Positions 26,672 through 36,988 of a DNA stretch of 64,000 nucleotides are shown here, one piece after another. This DNA comes from Alphaproteobacteria bacterium (GTDB lineage: Bacteria; Pseudomonadota; Alphaproteobacteria; Geminicoccales; Geminicoccaceae). The position numbers and the translations under genes were made by a program. Where the stretch lies: assembly GCA_041398025.1 (NCBI GenBank), contig JAWKVM010000006.1, positions 516 through 64,515 of the forward strand, read 5' to 3'. Within the stretch, counting starts at the first letter, position 1. Each line of letters opens with the position of its first letter. The notes beneath the pieces were generated by a model, which made no database searches, was not told the DNA's origin, and worked only from the letters and a program-made list of their open reading frames with translations.

Positions 26672-29086
26672 ATGAAGTCGCATTATCGGGTTGTGGTCAT
26701 CGGCGGCGGCGTGGTCGGGGCCTCGGTGCTTTATCACCTCGCCAAGTTCGGCTGGACCGATGTCGCGCTGATCGAGCGCTCCGTCCTGACGGCGGGCTCG
26801 TCCTGGCATGCGGCCGGCGGCGTGCATGCGCTGAATGCCGACCCCAACATGGCGGCATTGCAGGCTTACACCATCGATCTGCTGTCGGAGATTCAGGAGG
26901 AATCGGGCCAGGATATCGGCCTCCACATGACCGGCGGCATCACCGTTGCCTCGGCACCGGCGCGCTGGGAATGGCTGCAGTCCGCCTATCGCATCTTCCA
27001 GACCATCGGCATCGAGGACTGCCATCTGATGACGCCCGACGAGATCCAGGCGAAATGCCCGATCATGGACGTCACCGGCGTCATCGGTGGTCTTTGGGCG
27101 GATCGCGAGGGCTATATCGACACCAATGGCGTGGTCCACGCCTATGCGCGCGCTGCTCGGAAGTATGGCGCCGAGGTGATCGAGCACAACAAGGTCGAAG
27201 CGCTGACCCAGTGCACCGATGGGTCTTGGGACGTCGTCACCGAACAGGGCACGGTGCGCGCCGAGCATGTGGTCAACGCGGGCGGGCTTTGGGCGAAGCA
27301 GGTCGGGCGCATGGTCGGTCTCGACCTGCCGGTCTCGCCGCTGGAGCACCACTATCTCGTCACCGAGACCATCCCCGAGGTCCAGGCGATGGACTTTGAA
27401 GTGCCGATGATGGTCGACCTCGAGGGCTTTTCGTACTTGCGCCAGGAAGGGCAGGGCGTGCTGCTCGGCATCTACGAGGTCACGCACAAGCACTGGAACA
27501 TGGAGGGTGCACCCTGGGACTACGGCTTCGAGCTGATCCAGGAGGACATCGACCGCATCGAGGACGAGCTTTCGCTCTGCTATGAGCGCTACCCTTGCCT
27601 GCAGACCGCCGGTATCAAGCGCTGGGTCAACGGCGCCTTCACCTTTTCGCCCGACGGCAATCCGCTGGTCGGGCCGGTGCCCGGCATGCGCGGCTACTGG
27701 CTGGCCTGCGGCGTCATGGCGGGCTTCCTGCAGGGCGGCGGCGTCGGCAAGTCGCTCGCCGAATGGATGATCCACGGCGAGGCTGAGGCCGATACCTGGC
27801 CGATGGACATCGCGCGCTACGGACCGTTCGTCTCGAATCGCGAGTATATCAAGCAGACCACCGGGCAGTTCTACTCGCGCCGCTTCGTCATGACCTATCC
27901 GAACGAGCAGCTTCCGGCAGGCAGGCCGCTGAAGAAGGCCCCGGCGTACGACGCGATGAACGACGCAGGTGCGATCTGGGGGTGCAGCTGGGGGCTCGAG
28001 ATCCCACTGGTGTTCGCGCCGAAGGGCTTTGAAGAGACGCCGACGCTCAAACGCTCGAACGCCTTTCCGATCGTTGCCGAGGAATGCCGCGCGGTGCGTG
28101 AGGATGTCGGCCTGCTCGACACCTCGGGATTCTCACGCTTCGAGGTGAGTGGCGAACGTGCCGCGTCATATTTGGATAAGCTGACGGCGGGCCGTCTCCC
28201 TGCAGCGGGTCGCTGCCGCCTGGCGCCGATGTTGGGCCTCGACGGCCGGCTCAAGGGTGATCTCACCGTCTTCAACTGGGGTGACGGTCGTTGGTGGATC
28301 ATGGGCTCCTACTATCTCCGCCAGTGGCACATGCGCTGGTTCCAGGGCCATGACGATGGCGGCGTCGACATCAGAGATATCTCGGATGCCACTGTCGGCT
28401 TCTCGCTTTCCGGTCCCAGATCCCGCGACGTGCTCGCAGCCCTGACCCATCAAGACGTGAGCGATCAGGCCCTGCCGTTCATGGGCTGCACGGTCCTCGA
28501 TGTCGGCCTGATCCGTGCCAAGGTCGGGCGCCTCTCGGTCGCGGGCGAACTTGGCTACGAGATCAATTGCGGCGCTGCCGAACACATCACGCTGCGTGAG
28601 ATCCTGCTCGAGGCCGGTGCCGCCCATGGCATTCGCGAATACGGCTATTACGCGCTGAATTCGCTTCGCCTGGAAAAGAGCTTCGGCATCTGGAGCAAGG
28701 AATTCACGCAAGGCTACACGCCCGGCATGACCGGCATGGACCGCTGGATCGCCTGGGACAAGGGTGACTTCATCGGACGGGAGGCCGCGCTCGCCGAGCG
28801 GAAGGACGGCACGGCAAAGCAAAAGCTGGTGACGCTGGAGGTGGATGCCGCCGACGCCGACGGTTCCGGCTTCGAGCCGGTCTGGAAGGACGGCAAACGC
28901 GTCGGCTTCATCACCTCGGGCGGCTACGGCCACAGTGTGCAGAAGAGCCTGGCTATGGCGCTGCTCGACTCGGCCCACGCCGAGCCCGGGACCGAGCTCA
29001 CGACGCACATCGTCGGCGTCGAGCGCGCGGCGAAGGTCATCGCGCCGAGCCCGCACGATTCGAAGGGAACGCGGATGCGGGCGTAG
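26672..29086 (+). CDS. FAD-dependent dehydrogenase with C-terminal folate-binding aminomethyltransferase (GcvT) domain (dimethylglycine/sarcosine dehydrogenase-like)
   Basis: The 804-aa ORF starts with the FAD motif MKSHYRVVVIGGGVVGASVLYHLAKFGW. The C-terminal half is GcvT-like (DTSGFSRFEVSGERA...GYEINC...GYGHSV). Confidence 0.9.
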   Translation: MKSHYRVVVIGGGVVGASVLYHLAKFGWTDVALIERSVLTAGSSWHAAGGVHALNADPNMAALQAYTIDLLSEIQEESGQDIGLHMTGGITVASAPARWEWLQSAYRIFQTIGIEDCHLMTPDEIQAKCPIMDVTGVIGGLWADREGYIDTNGVVHAYARAARKYGAEVIEHNKVEALTQCTDGSWDVVTEQGTVRAEHVVNAGGLWAKQVGRMVGLDLPVSPLEHHYLVTETIPEVQAMDFEVPMMVDLEGFSYLRQEGQGVLLGIYEVTHKHWNMEGAPWDYGFELIQEDIDRIEDELSLCYERYPCLQTAGIKRWVNGAFTFSPDGNPLVGPVPGMRGYWLACGVMAGFLQGGGVGKSLAEWMIHGEAEADTWPMDIARYGPFVSNREYIKQTTGQFYSRRFVMTYPNEQLPAGRPLKKAPAYDAMNDAGAIWGCSWGLEIPLVFAPKGFEETPTLKRSNAFPIVAEECRAVREDVGLLDTSGFSRFEVSGERAASYLDKLTAGRLPAAGRCRLAPMLGLDGRLKGDLTVFNWGDGRWWIMGSYYLRQWHMRWFQGHDDGGVDIRDISDATVGFSLSGPRSRDVLAALTHQDVSDQALPFMGCTVLDVGLIRAKVGRLSVAGELGYEINCGAAEHITLREILLEAGAAHGIREYGYYALNSLRLEKSFGIWSKEFTQGYTPGMTGMDRWIAWDKGDFIGREAALAERKDGTAKQKLVTLEVDAADADGSGFEPVWKDGKRVGFITSGGYGHSVQKSLAMALLDSAHAEPGTELTTHIVGVERAAKVIAPSPHDSKGTRMRA

Positions 29087-29092
29087 ATCCTC

Positions 29093-30643
29093 ATGGCCGA
29101 CCTGCGCGGCGAGGGTAGACGAAGAGGCCGCGGCCGCAGGCAGGTTCCTGCATCGCAGGCATCCGGGCGCGCGGTCGACTATCGAAACCTGCAAAACCCG
29201 TTCGCGCCGGCCCGAATCTATTCCGACGACCAAATCGAGCAAATCCACGACACCTCGCTTCGGGTCCTCGAAGAACTGGGCGTCAAGATCCTGCTGCCGG
29301 CAGCCCGGCGGCTTTTGAAGGATGGTGGCGTCGACGTCGACGAAGCGTCGATGATGGCGCGCTTCGATCGCAACCTCGTGCAGCAGGCGATCGCATCCGC
29401 CCCGACGAGCTTTGAAGTGCACGGCGCCGTCGAAAGAACCTCGTTTGTCTGGGGCGGACACCGGGTGACCTGGAGCCCGGTGGGTGGTCCGCCGCACATC
29501 TCGGATCTCGACGGTGGCAAGCGTCCAGGAACGCTGGTCGATACCGAGAACATCATCCGCCTTGCCGAGCATTACGACGTCATGCATGTGCAAAGCCCGA
29601 ACGTCGAACCGCAGGACGTGGCGCCAGAGGTCCGTCACTACGCCACCATGCGCGCGCAGCTGACCCTGTCGCAGAAGGTGCCGTTTCTGTTCAGCCGCGG
29701 CGCACCGCAGGTTCGAGACGGCTTTCGCATGATGCAGATCATGCGCGGCCTGTCGGAAGACGAGTTCGGGCAGACACCCTGCGTCTGGACGGTGATCAAC
29801 ACCAACTCACCGCTGATCCTCGACATCCCGATGCTGCAGGGCCTGATCGATTTCGCGAGAGCGGGCCAGCCCTCGGTGATCACGCCCTTCACCCTGGCGG
29901 GTGCCATGGCGCCGGTGACGCTCGCAGGAGCTCTGGTGCAGCAGCATGCCGAGTTCCTGGCAGCACTCGTTGTGACGCAGCTGGCGAAACCCGGCGCTCC
30001 GGCGGTCTACGGTGCGTTCACGTCGAACGTCGACATGAAGTCGGGTTCGCCCGCCTTCGGCACGCCGGAAAACGTGCGTGCTGCCTTCGCCAGCGGCCAG
30101 CTCGCCCGCTTTCTCGACCTGCCCTGGCGCTCCTCAATGCCGTCGGCCTCCAACTGCGTCGACGCCCAGTCGATCTACGAAAGCCAGATGGCGCTCTGGG
30201 GAGCGACGCTCGGCGGCGCCAACCTGGTGCTGCATGCGGCCGGCTGGATCGAAGGCGGGCTCACCGCTTCGATGGAGAAATTCATCATCGACATCGAAAT
30301 GCTGCAGCAGATGGCGGAACTGATGCAGCCGGTGCGCTTCGACGACGCCGAACTCGCTTTCGAGGCGATCCGCGAAGTCGGATCCGGCGGCCATTTCTTC
30401 GGTGCTGCCCACACCATAGATCGCTACCGCACCGCCTTCTACGCGCCCTTCGTCTCGGACTGGTCCAATTTCGGCCAGTGGACGGAAGCAGGCGCCAAGA
30501 CCGCGACCGAGCGTGCCAACACCATCTGGAAACAGGTGCTTCGCGACTTCCAGCCGCCCGCAACCGATCCGCCCAGGATCGAGGAACTGGACGCGTTCAT
30601 CGCGAAACGGACGGAAGAGGGTGGCGCGCCGCCGGAGAGCTGA
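29093..30643 (+). CDS. MttB-superfamily (trimethylamine methyltransferase family, non-pyrrolysine) methyltransferase
   Basis: The 516-aa ORF has no in-frame amber codon. It has an Arg-rich N-terminus followed by LQNPFAPARIYSDDQIEQIHDTSLRVLEELGVKILLP. The conserved C-terminal part includes GGHFFGAAHT...YRTAFY...SDW.N. It starts 6 nt after the upstream stop. Confidence 0.85.
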   Translation: MADLRGEGRRRGRGRRQVPASQASGRAVDYRNLQNPFAPARIYSDDQIEQIHDTSLRVLEELGVKILLPAARRLLKDGGVDVDEASMMARFDRNLVQQAIASAPTSFEVHGAVERTSFVWGGHRVTWSPVGGPPHISDLDGGKRPGTLVDTENIIRLAEHYDVMHVQSPNVEPQDVAPEVRHYATMRAQLTLSQKVPFLFSRGAPQVRDGFRMMQIMRGLSEDEFGQTPCVWTVINTNSPLILDIPMLQGLIDFARAGQPSVITPFTLAGAMAPVTLAGALVQQHAEFLAALVVTQLAKPGAPAVYGAFTSNVDMKSGSPAFGTPENVRAAFASGQLARFLDLPWRSSMPSASNCVDAQSIYESQMALWGATLGGANLVLHAAGWIEGGLTASMEKFIIDIEMLQQMAELMQPVRFDDAELAFEAIREVGSGGHFFGAAHTIDRYRTAFYAPFVSDWSNFGQWTEAGAKTATERANTIWKQVLRDFQPPATDPPRIEELDAFIAKRTEEGGAPPES

Positions 30644-30680
30644 TCGGAAATGAGCAGACGGCACGGGAAGGGATGAAACG

Positions 30681-31985
30681 ATGACCAGGGATGCGGACGC
30701 GATCATCATCGGTGCCGGTGTGATCGGTGCGGCGACGGCATTCGAGCTTGCGAAACGCGGTTACAGGACGATCACCGTCGATCGCAACCACGACGCCGGC
30801 ACGGGCTCGACGGGGGGCTCCTGCGCGATCATTCGGGTGCACTATTCGACGCTCGAAGGATCGGCGTTCGCCTATGAGGGCTATTTCTACTGGCGCGACT
30901 GGGCGGACTATCTCGAGATCGCCGACGAGCAGGGATTGGCCCGTTTCGTCGAATGCGGCTGCCTGGTGATGGCGACCGAAGCGAACGGCTTTCTGGAAAA
31001 GCATAAGCGCTTTTGCCGGGAGCTCGGCATTCCCTTCGAAGAGTGGGATGCGGCGGGCGTCGAGAAGCGTCTGCCCATCTACAGCATGGATAGCTTCGCC
31101 CCGCCGAAGCGCCTGGACGATCCGGCGTTCGGCGAACGCAATGGCAAGCGCCTCAAGGGCGGCGTCTTTTTCCCGACGGCGGGGTATGTCACCGACCCGC
31201 AGCTCTCTGCGCACAATCTGATGCGTGCCGCAGAAGCGAAAGGATCCGTGTTCCGCTTCAACGAGACGGTGGTTTCCATCTTGAAAGACGGAGGCCGGGC
31301 GGCAGGTGTCGAGCTTGCGAGCGGCGAGATCGTGCGCGCACCCGTGGTGATCAATGTCGGCGGGCCGGCGTCCGGGCGGATCAATGACATGGCCGGTGTG
31401 ACGGGCGACATGACGATCACCACCAGGCCGCTTCGCCAGGAGGTCGCCCATGTGCCGTCGCCGGCTGGTTTCGACTTCGAGAAGCGTGGGCTGGTGGTCT
31501 CCGACAGCGACATCGGCTGTTACATCCGCCCGGAACATGGCAGCCACATTCTGGTCGGTTCGGAAGATCCACCCTGCGACGAGCATGACTGGGTCGACGA
31601 CGAGGCCTTCAATCGCGAGTTCACCGAGCAGTGGACCACCCAGGTGCATCGCTATGCCCAGCGTGTCCCGTCGCTCGGCATTCCATCGCGCACGCGCGGC
31701 GTGGTCGACCTCTACGACGTCACCGAGGACTGGATTCCGATCTATGACCGATCGAGCCTGCCCGGCTTCTATATGGCCTGCGGCACCAGCGGCAATCAGT
31801 ACAAGAACGCGCCGGTCGCCGGCAAGATGATGGCGGCGCTGGTCGACTACTGCGAGGGTGGGCGCGACCATGACGCCGAGCCGCTGCAGTTCAGGCTGCC
31901 CCATCTCGATCGTGAGCTCGACGTCGGCTTCTATTCGAGAAAACGAGAGATCAACAGGGAAAGCAGTTTTTCCGTACTGGGTTAG
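30681..31985 (+). CDS. FAD-dependent oxidoreductase (DAO / sarcosine-oxidase-beta-like)
   Basis: The N-terminus DADAIIIGAGVIGAATAFELAKRGY is a Rossmann motif. The ORF is 434 aa. Confidence 0.85.
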   Translation: MTRDADAIIIGAGVIGAATAFELAKRGYRTITVDRNHDAGTGSTGGSCAIIRVHYSTLEGSAFAYEGYFYWRDWADYLEIADEQGLARFVECGCLVMATEANGFLEKHKRFCRELGIPFEEWDAAGVEKRLPIYSMDSFAPPKRLDDPAFGERNGKRLKGGVFFPTAGYVTDPQLSAHNLMRAAEAKGSVFRFNETVVSILKDGGRAAGVELASGEIVRAPVVINVGGPASGRINDMAGVTGDMTITTRPLRQEVAHVPSPAGFDFEKRGLVVSDSDIGCYIRPEHGSHILVGSEDPPCDEHDWVDDEAFNREFTEQWTTQVHRYAQRVPSLGIPSRTRGVVDLYDVTEDWIPIYDRSSLPGFYMACGTSGNQYKNAPVAGKMMAALVDYCEGGRDHDAEPLQFRLPHLDRELDVGFYSRKREINRESSFSVLG

Positions 31986-32085
31986 CAGCCGCAGCGCCGA
32001 ACCTCGGGCCGTTTCGATGCTTTACGAGACGAAAACGCACCCCTATCGTTTTGTCAGACAATGACAAATGAAAAAGGGAAGGCTC

Positions 32086-33063
32086 ATGAAACGGCTGCTG
32101 ATCGGCGCTTTGGCCCTGACGGTAACGTCGGTCGGTTCGGTGCAGGCCGAGGAGGTGTTGAACGCCGTCCACGCTTTCCCGAAGCCGCTCGATTTCACCA
32201 AGAGCTTCCTTCGCTATGTCGACGAGGTGAATGCGGTAGGCGCCGGCGTTGTGCGTATCAACGTCCAGGGCGGTCCCGAAGTCATTCCCCCGCCGGAGCA
32301 GGGCGATGCCGTGCGTCGCGGTGTCGTCGACATGCACTACGGTCCGGCCACCTATTATCTCGGCGCCTTTCCCGAGGCGGATGCCATGGTCGGCAGCAAT
32401 CTTTCACCCGCCGAGACCAGGGCGAATGGCGGGCTCGACATGCTGGGCCAGGCGTTTGCCGAGAAGATGAACGCGCATTTGCTCGGCCATTTCGATACAG
32501 GCATCCCGTTTCATCTCTATCTCGTCAGTGAGCCGAAGCGCACGGAGGCGGGCGGCATCGATCTCTCCGGTCTCAAGCTGCGCTCGCAGCCGATCTATCG
32601 CGAATTCTTCGAGAAGATGGGCGTGAGCACCGTCTCCATTCCGGTGCCCGAGGTCTATACCGCCCTCGAGCGCGGCACGGTGGATGGTCTCGGTTTCCCC
32701 TTGGTCGGCGTGATGGATCTCGGCTGGCACGAGCATTTCCGCTATCGCATCGATCCGCCGTTCTTCCAGACCGACCTCGTCACCATCGTGAACCTGGAGA
32801 GATGGAACGCGCTTTCCGACGAGGCGAAGGCCATTCTTCAGGAGACGGCCATCGCCTTCGAGCCGTCATCGCACGACTATTTTCAGACCTACCAGGCGGA
32901 GCTCGATCAAAAGATGCGAGACGCCGGAATCGAGGTGATCGATCTCGAAGGCGAGGTCGGCGAGGCTTTCGCGGCGAGTGGCTACGAGACCGCGTGGGAA
33001 CGCTTCGCCAGCAAGGACGCGGCGGCCGCGGCTGCGTTCAAGGAAAAGTTCTATCGCGAGTGA
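32086..33063 (+). CDS. TRAP transporter substrate-binding protein (DctP family)
   Basis: The signal peptide is MKRLLIGALALTVTSVGSVQA. The length and composition are DctP-like, and DctQ and DctM genes follow. The start could be 32086 or 32068. Confidence 0.85.
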   Translation: MKRLLIGALALTVTSVGSVQAEEVLNAVHAFPKPLDFTKSFLRYVDEVNAVGAGVVRINVQGGPEVIPPPEQGDAVRRGVVDMHYGPATYYLGAFPEADAMVGSNLSPAETRANGGLDMLGQAFAEKMNAHLLGHFDTGIPFHLYLVSEPKRTEAGGIDLSGLKLRSQPIYREFFEKMGVSTVSIPVPEVYTALERGTVDGLGFPLVGVMDLGWHEHFRYRIDPPFFQTDLVTIVNLERWNALSDEAKAILQETAIAFEPSSHDYFQTYQAELDQKMRDAGIEVIDLEGEVGEAFAASGYETAWERFASKDAAAAAAFKEKFYRE

Positions 33064-33072
33064 CGCCTCATC

Positions 33073-33567
33073 TTGCTGCGTTTCTATGATCGCTTCATCG
33101 CCGCGCTGGCGGGACTAGCCGGCGTCACCTTGTTCGTGATCGCAGCGATGATCGTGCTTGACGTGACCATGCGCACGCTCGGTCTGCGCCCGCCTCAGGC
33201 GATCAGCGCGCTCACTGAATATGCGCTGCTGTACGCGACCATGGCTGCAGCCCCCTGGCTCGTGCGCACCGGCGGCCATGTCACCATCACGACACTCACC
33301 GACCGTCTGCCCTCCGGCATGCGAACGCTCCTCCGTCGCATCATCCTCGTCATGTCCATCGTTCTCTGCCTCGCCCTTTCGCTCGCAGCTTTCGGCATGG
33401 CGATCGAGAGCTTTGGCCGCGGCGACGTCGATGTGCGCTCGATCGATCTTCCCCGCTGGTCATTGTTCGCCCCGCTCGCAGCGGGCTTTCTGCTGTTGGC
33501 CAGTGAATTTCTCCGGCTTCTGATCCTGGGGACACCGGTATCGGAAGCGGCAGGCGAGGGGTTCTGA
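33073..33567 (+). CDS. TRAP transporter small permease (DctQ family)
   Basis: The 164-aa ORF has 4 predicted TM segments and lies between the DctP and DctM genes. Confidence 0.85.
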   Translation: MLRFYDRFIAALAGLAGVTLFVIAAMIVLDVTMRTLGLRPPQAISALTEYALLYATMAAAPWLVRTGGHVTITTLTDRLPSGMRTLLRRIILVMSIVLCLALSLAAFGMAIESFGRGDVDVRSIDLPRWSLFAPLAAGFLLLASEFLRLLILGTPVSEAAGEGF

Positions 33568-33571
33568 TCCC

Positions 33572-34885
33572 ATGGACTGGGCAGCGGCGGCCGCCTTGCT
33601 CCTGGGGTCGGTGATCGCGCTCATGGCGCTCGGCATGCCGGTCGCCCTGGCGTTCCTTGCGAGCAATGTTGTCGGCGTCTACATCTTCATGGGCGGGCTT
33701 CCGGGAATCGGCCAGCTGGTCGCCAACGCCACCGCCAGCGTGACCTCCTTCATCCTCGTCCCGGTGCCGCTTTTCGTGCTTATGGGCTCGCTTTTTTTTC
33801 ATAGCGGTCTTGCGCGACGGGTGTTCGACGCGCTCGATCTCTGCATCGGTAATCTCCAGGGAAGGCTCGCCTATCTGACCGTTCTGAATGGCACGATCTT
33901 CGCAGCGCTCTCCGGCTCGAGCATGGCGAACACGGCCATGCTCGGCAGCCTCATGGTCCCGGAGATGCGCGCGCGCGGCTACAAAACCAGCCTTGCGGTC
34001 GGCCCGATCCTCGGCTGCGGCGGCCTCGCCATCCTGATCCCGCCATCGACGCTGGCCGTGCTGCTGGCGAGCCTCGGCCGGATCGACGTCGGCGCTCTGC
34101 TCATTGCCGGTATTCTGCCCGGCCTGCTCCTCGCCGTCCTCTACGCCGTCCTGATCCGGCTGCATCTTCGCCTGGACCCGAAGGCAGCGCCTGCCTACAG
34201 CATCGCCAAGGTCAGCGCCGGCCGGAAGCTGAACGCGATCGCCGTCAACATCCTACCGATGGGGCTGGTGGTCTTCGCCGTAGTCGGTCTGATCATCCTC
34301 GGCATCGCGACACCGAGCGAGGCGGCCGCGTTCGGCGTGCTTGCCGTTCTCATCCTCGCTCTGGTCTTCAAGAGCCTCACGATCCATTCCCTGCGCCAGG
34401 CCGCGATGGACGGCGTGCGCATCACCGGCATGACCTTTCTGATCCTGATCGGCTCCTCGACTTTCTCGCAGATCCTGGCGTTTTCCGGCGCGACCTCGGG
34501 CTTCATCGCGCTCGCGACCGGCCTCGACCTCACGCCGCTCGCCATGCTGCTCTGCATGCTCGCCGTTCTGCTGGTGCTCGGCATGGTTATGGACCAGCTC
34601 TCCATGATGCTGCTGACCCTGCCGATCTTCATCCCCGTCGCAGCAAGCCTCGGTTTCGATCTGATCTGGTTCGCCGTGATCATCCTCTTGGCGCTCGAGA
34701 TCAGCCTGATCACGCCGCCCTTCGGGCTGCTTCTTTTCGTGATGCTGGGCGCAGCACCAGAAGATGTCTCGTTTGGCGAGGTCGTGCTGGCGGGGCTTCC
34801 CTATATCGGAAGCGCCATGATCGTTACGCTGCTGGTGGTCATCTGGCCCGAGCTGGCCCTTTTTCTTCCCGGCCTGATGCGCTGA
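33572..34885 (+). CDS. TRAP transporter large permease (DctM family)
   Basis: The 437-aa ORF is polytopic and shows typical DctM blocks (FAALSGSSMANTAMLG, PPSTLAVLLA). Confidence 0.9.
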   Translation: MDWAAAAALLLGSVIALMALGMPVALAFLASNVVGVYIFMGGLPGIGQLVANATASVTSFILVPVPLFVLMGSLFFHSGLARRVFDALDLCIGNLQGRLAYLTVLNGTIFAALSGSSMANTAMLGSLMVPEMRARGYKTSLAVGPILGCGGLAILIPPSTLAVLLASLGRIDVGALLIAGILPGLLLAVLYAVLIRLHLRLDPKAAPAYSIAKVSAGRKLNAIAVNILPMGLVVFAVVGLIILGIATPSEAAAFGVLAVLILALVFKSLTIHSLRQAAMDGVRITGMTFLILIGSSTFSQILAFSGATSGFIALATGLDLTPLAMLLCMLAVLLVLGMVMDQLSMMLLTLPIFIPVAASLGFDLIWFAVIILLALEISLITPPFGLLLFVMLGAAPEDVSFGEVVLAGLPYIGSAMIVTLLVVIWPELALFLPGLMR

Positions 34886-35016
34886 AGGGCGAGCAGGCGT
34901 CTGGGAGTGTGCTGTTTCGTCCCCGGCGCGAAATTGACCGTAAATCCGAATGGCGCCAGTATTTTGTCACATGAAAGTCAAAGGTTCTGAACCTGGAACG
35001 TCCGAAGGGAAAAAGC

Positions 35017-36078
35017 ATGCGTCTTCAATCGGGCTATGTTGCAGCCACCGCCATCGGAACGGCGCTCCTGGCAACGCTGTCACCGAGCTGGGCCGCCGAG
35101 GAGCTGAATGCGCTGGTCTGGTGCGACCATGCCGATCCCGACCTGCTGGCTCCCTTCGAGGAAGCCAATGACGTGCGCGTCAACGTCAAGGAATTCGAGG
35201 GCACGGGTGCCGGCCTCGCTATCGTCGAGCAGTCCCAGCCGGGCGACTGGGACGTGATGGTGATCGACTCGGTCGACGTGCCGCGCGTCGCCGACAGCGG
35301 CCTCTTCGCCGAGCTGCCGGAAGATCAATTGCCGTTCGGCGATCTCTTCCCCGAAGTGGTGCTCGACAGCTTCACCAAGCAGGACGGCAAGCGCTACGCG
35401 ATCACGGAAAAATTCGGCTACAACTCGATCAGCTACAACAAGGACGCTGTCGATCCCGCTGCCATGACCTCGCTCCAGAACCTGCTGGGCGGGGAATATC
35501 AAGGCAAGATCGCGATCTACGACTACTATCTCCCGGTCATGGGCATGGCCGCACTCGCCCTCGGCAAGACCACCGCCGACCTCACCGCCGACGATCTCCC
35601 GGCGATCCGCGACCTGCTCGTGCAGCTCAAATCCAATGCCGCCCTGGTCGCCGATGTGGTCGGCAGCCAGACCGCGATTGCCACCGGCGAGGTCGATGTC
35701 CTGGTCGGCGGCGGCGAGTGGGTGACCGCCGGACTCGCCGAGGAAAACCCGGCGCTCGAATTCGCCATTCCCGATGAGGGCGGCATCCTCTGGTCCCAAG
35801 CACTCGCCATCTTCGCCGACAGCGAGCGTCAGGACCTTGCGCTCAAATTCGTGCAATATGTCATGAGCCCGGAGGGCCAGGCGCGCCTCGCCACATCCTC
35901 CTGCTATTGGGGCATGCCCGCCAACACCCAGGCCGCGCTTTCTGACGAACAGAAGAAAATCCTCCGCTTTGACGAGCAGTCGGATTTCCTCGCCAAATCC
36001 CAGCTCTACCCCGCGCCGGACGCCGCTCTCGACAAGGCGATGCAGGACGTCTGGACCGACATGCTCCAATCCCAATAG
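35017..36078 (+). CDS. ABC transporter periplasmic substrate-binding protein (PotD/PotF-like, family 1 SBP)
   Basis: The 353-aa ORF has the signal peptide MRLQSGYVAATAIGTALLATLSPSWA. Its composition is PotD-like, and two permease genes and an ATPase gene follow. Confidence 0.8.
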   Translation: MRLQSGYVAATAIGTALLATLSPSWAAEELNALVWCDHADPDLLAPFEEANDVRVNVKEFEGTGAGLAIVEQSQPGDWDVMVIDSVDVPRVADSGLFAELPEDQLPFGDLFPEVVLDSFTKQDGKRYAITEKFGYNSISYNKDAVDPAAMTSLQNLLGGEYQGKIAIYDYYLPVMGMAALALGKTTADLTADDLPAIRDLLVQLKSNAALVADVVGSQTAIATGEVDVLVGGGEWVTAGLAEENPALEFAIPDEGGILWSQALAIFADSERQDLALKFVQYVMSPEGQARLATSSCYWGMPANTQAALSDEQKKILRFDEQSDFLAKSQLYPAPDAALDKAMQDVWTDMLQSQ

Positions 36079-36127
36079 CCGGGGACGCCCGGCAGCGTTG
36101 ACTTGGGGGCGGTGTCTTGAGTGAGCG

Positions 36128-36988
36128 GTGGTGTCTGTTTTGACCAGGTCTGGGGGAGTGACGGCCTGGGTGCTGTTGGCGCCGGCGCTGGGCTTCCTGC
36201 TGCTGTTCTTCGTCGCCCCCTTTCTTGCCATGCTGGCGACCAGCTTCTCGCGGCTCGGCGCTGATGGCATCGAGCCGCTCGCCGGGCTGCAGAACTACCG
36301 TCAGTTCTTCGAAAACGACTCCTACTGGCTAGCCATGGTCAACTCGCTCGAGGTCACGGTCATGGTGGTGGTGATCTCGGTGCTGCTCGCCTATCCCTTC
36401 GCCTGGATCCTCGCCGAGCGCGTGCCCGAGCGCTTCCAGCGCCTCTGCCTGATGCTCGCCGTGCTGCCATTCTGGACCTCCTACGTGGTGCGCTCCTACG
36501 CCTGGCTGCTGGTGCTGGCGAAGAAGGGTGCGGTGAACGAAGCGCTGCTCGGCCTGGGCCTGATCGCCGACCCCCTGGTGCTCGCCAACACGCGCGCCGC
36601 GACCGTCCTCGGCTTCACCCATTTCTTCGTCATGCTGCTGACGCTTACCATCTACGCCAACCTGAAGCAGCTCTCCCCCAACTACCGAAAGGCCGCGGTC
36701 GACCTCGGCGCCTCGGGCTTCCAGACCTTCCGCCACGTCATCCTGCCGCTGACGCTGCCCGGCATCATGGTCGGCGCCTTTCTCACCTTCGTCCTTTGCA
36801 TCGGCGACTACATCACGCCGCAGATCCTCGGCGGTAACAACGAGCTCCTGATGCCGCAGCTGATCATGCTGCAGATCGGCCGGCGCGGCGACTTCCCGCT
36901 CGCCTCCGCTCTCTCCCTGATCCTGATGGTGGTGATCTCGCTCGCCTATCTCGCCACCGCGCGCTGGCTCAAACTGGAACGCGCCTGA
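36128..36988 (+). CDS. ABC transporter permease (PotB-like)
   Basis: The 286-aa ORF has 6 TM segments and an EAA-type loop (KAAVDLGASGFQTFRHVILPLTLPG). Confidence 0.85.
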   Translation: MVSVLTRSGGVTAWVLLAPALGFLLLFFVAPFLAMLATSFSRLGADGIEPLAGLQNYRQFFENDSYWLAMVNSLEVTVMVVVISVLLAYPFAWILAERVPERFQRLCLMLAVLPFWTSYVVRSYAWLLVLAKKGAVNEALLGLGLIADPLVLANTRAATVLGFTHFFVMLLTLTIYANLKQLSPNYRKAAVDLGASGFQTFRHVILPLTLPGIMVGAFLTFVLCIGDYITPQILGGNNELLMPQLIMLQIGRRGDFPLASALSLILMVVISLAYLATARWLKLERA

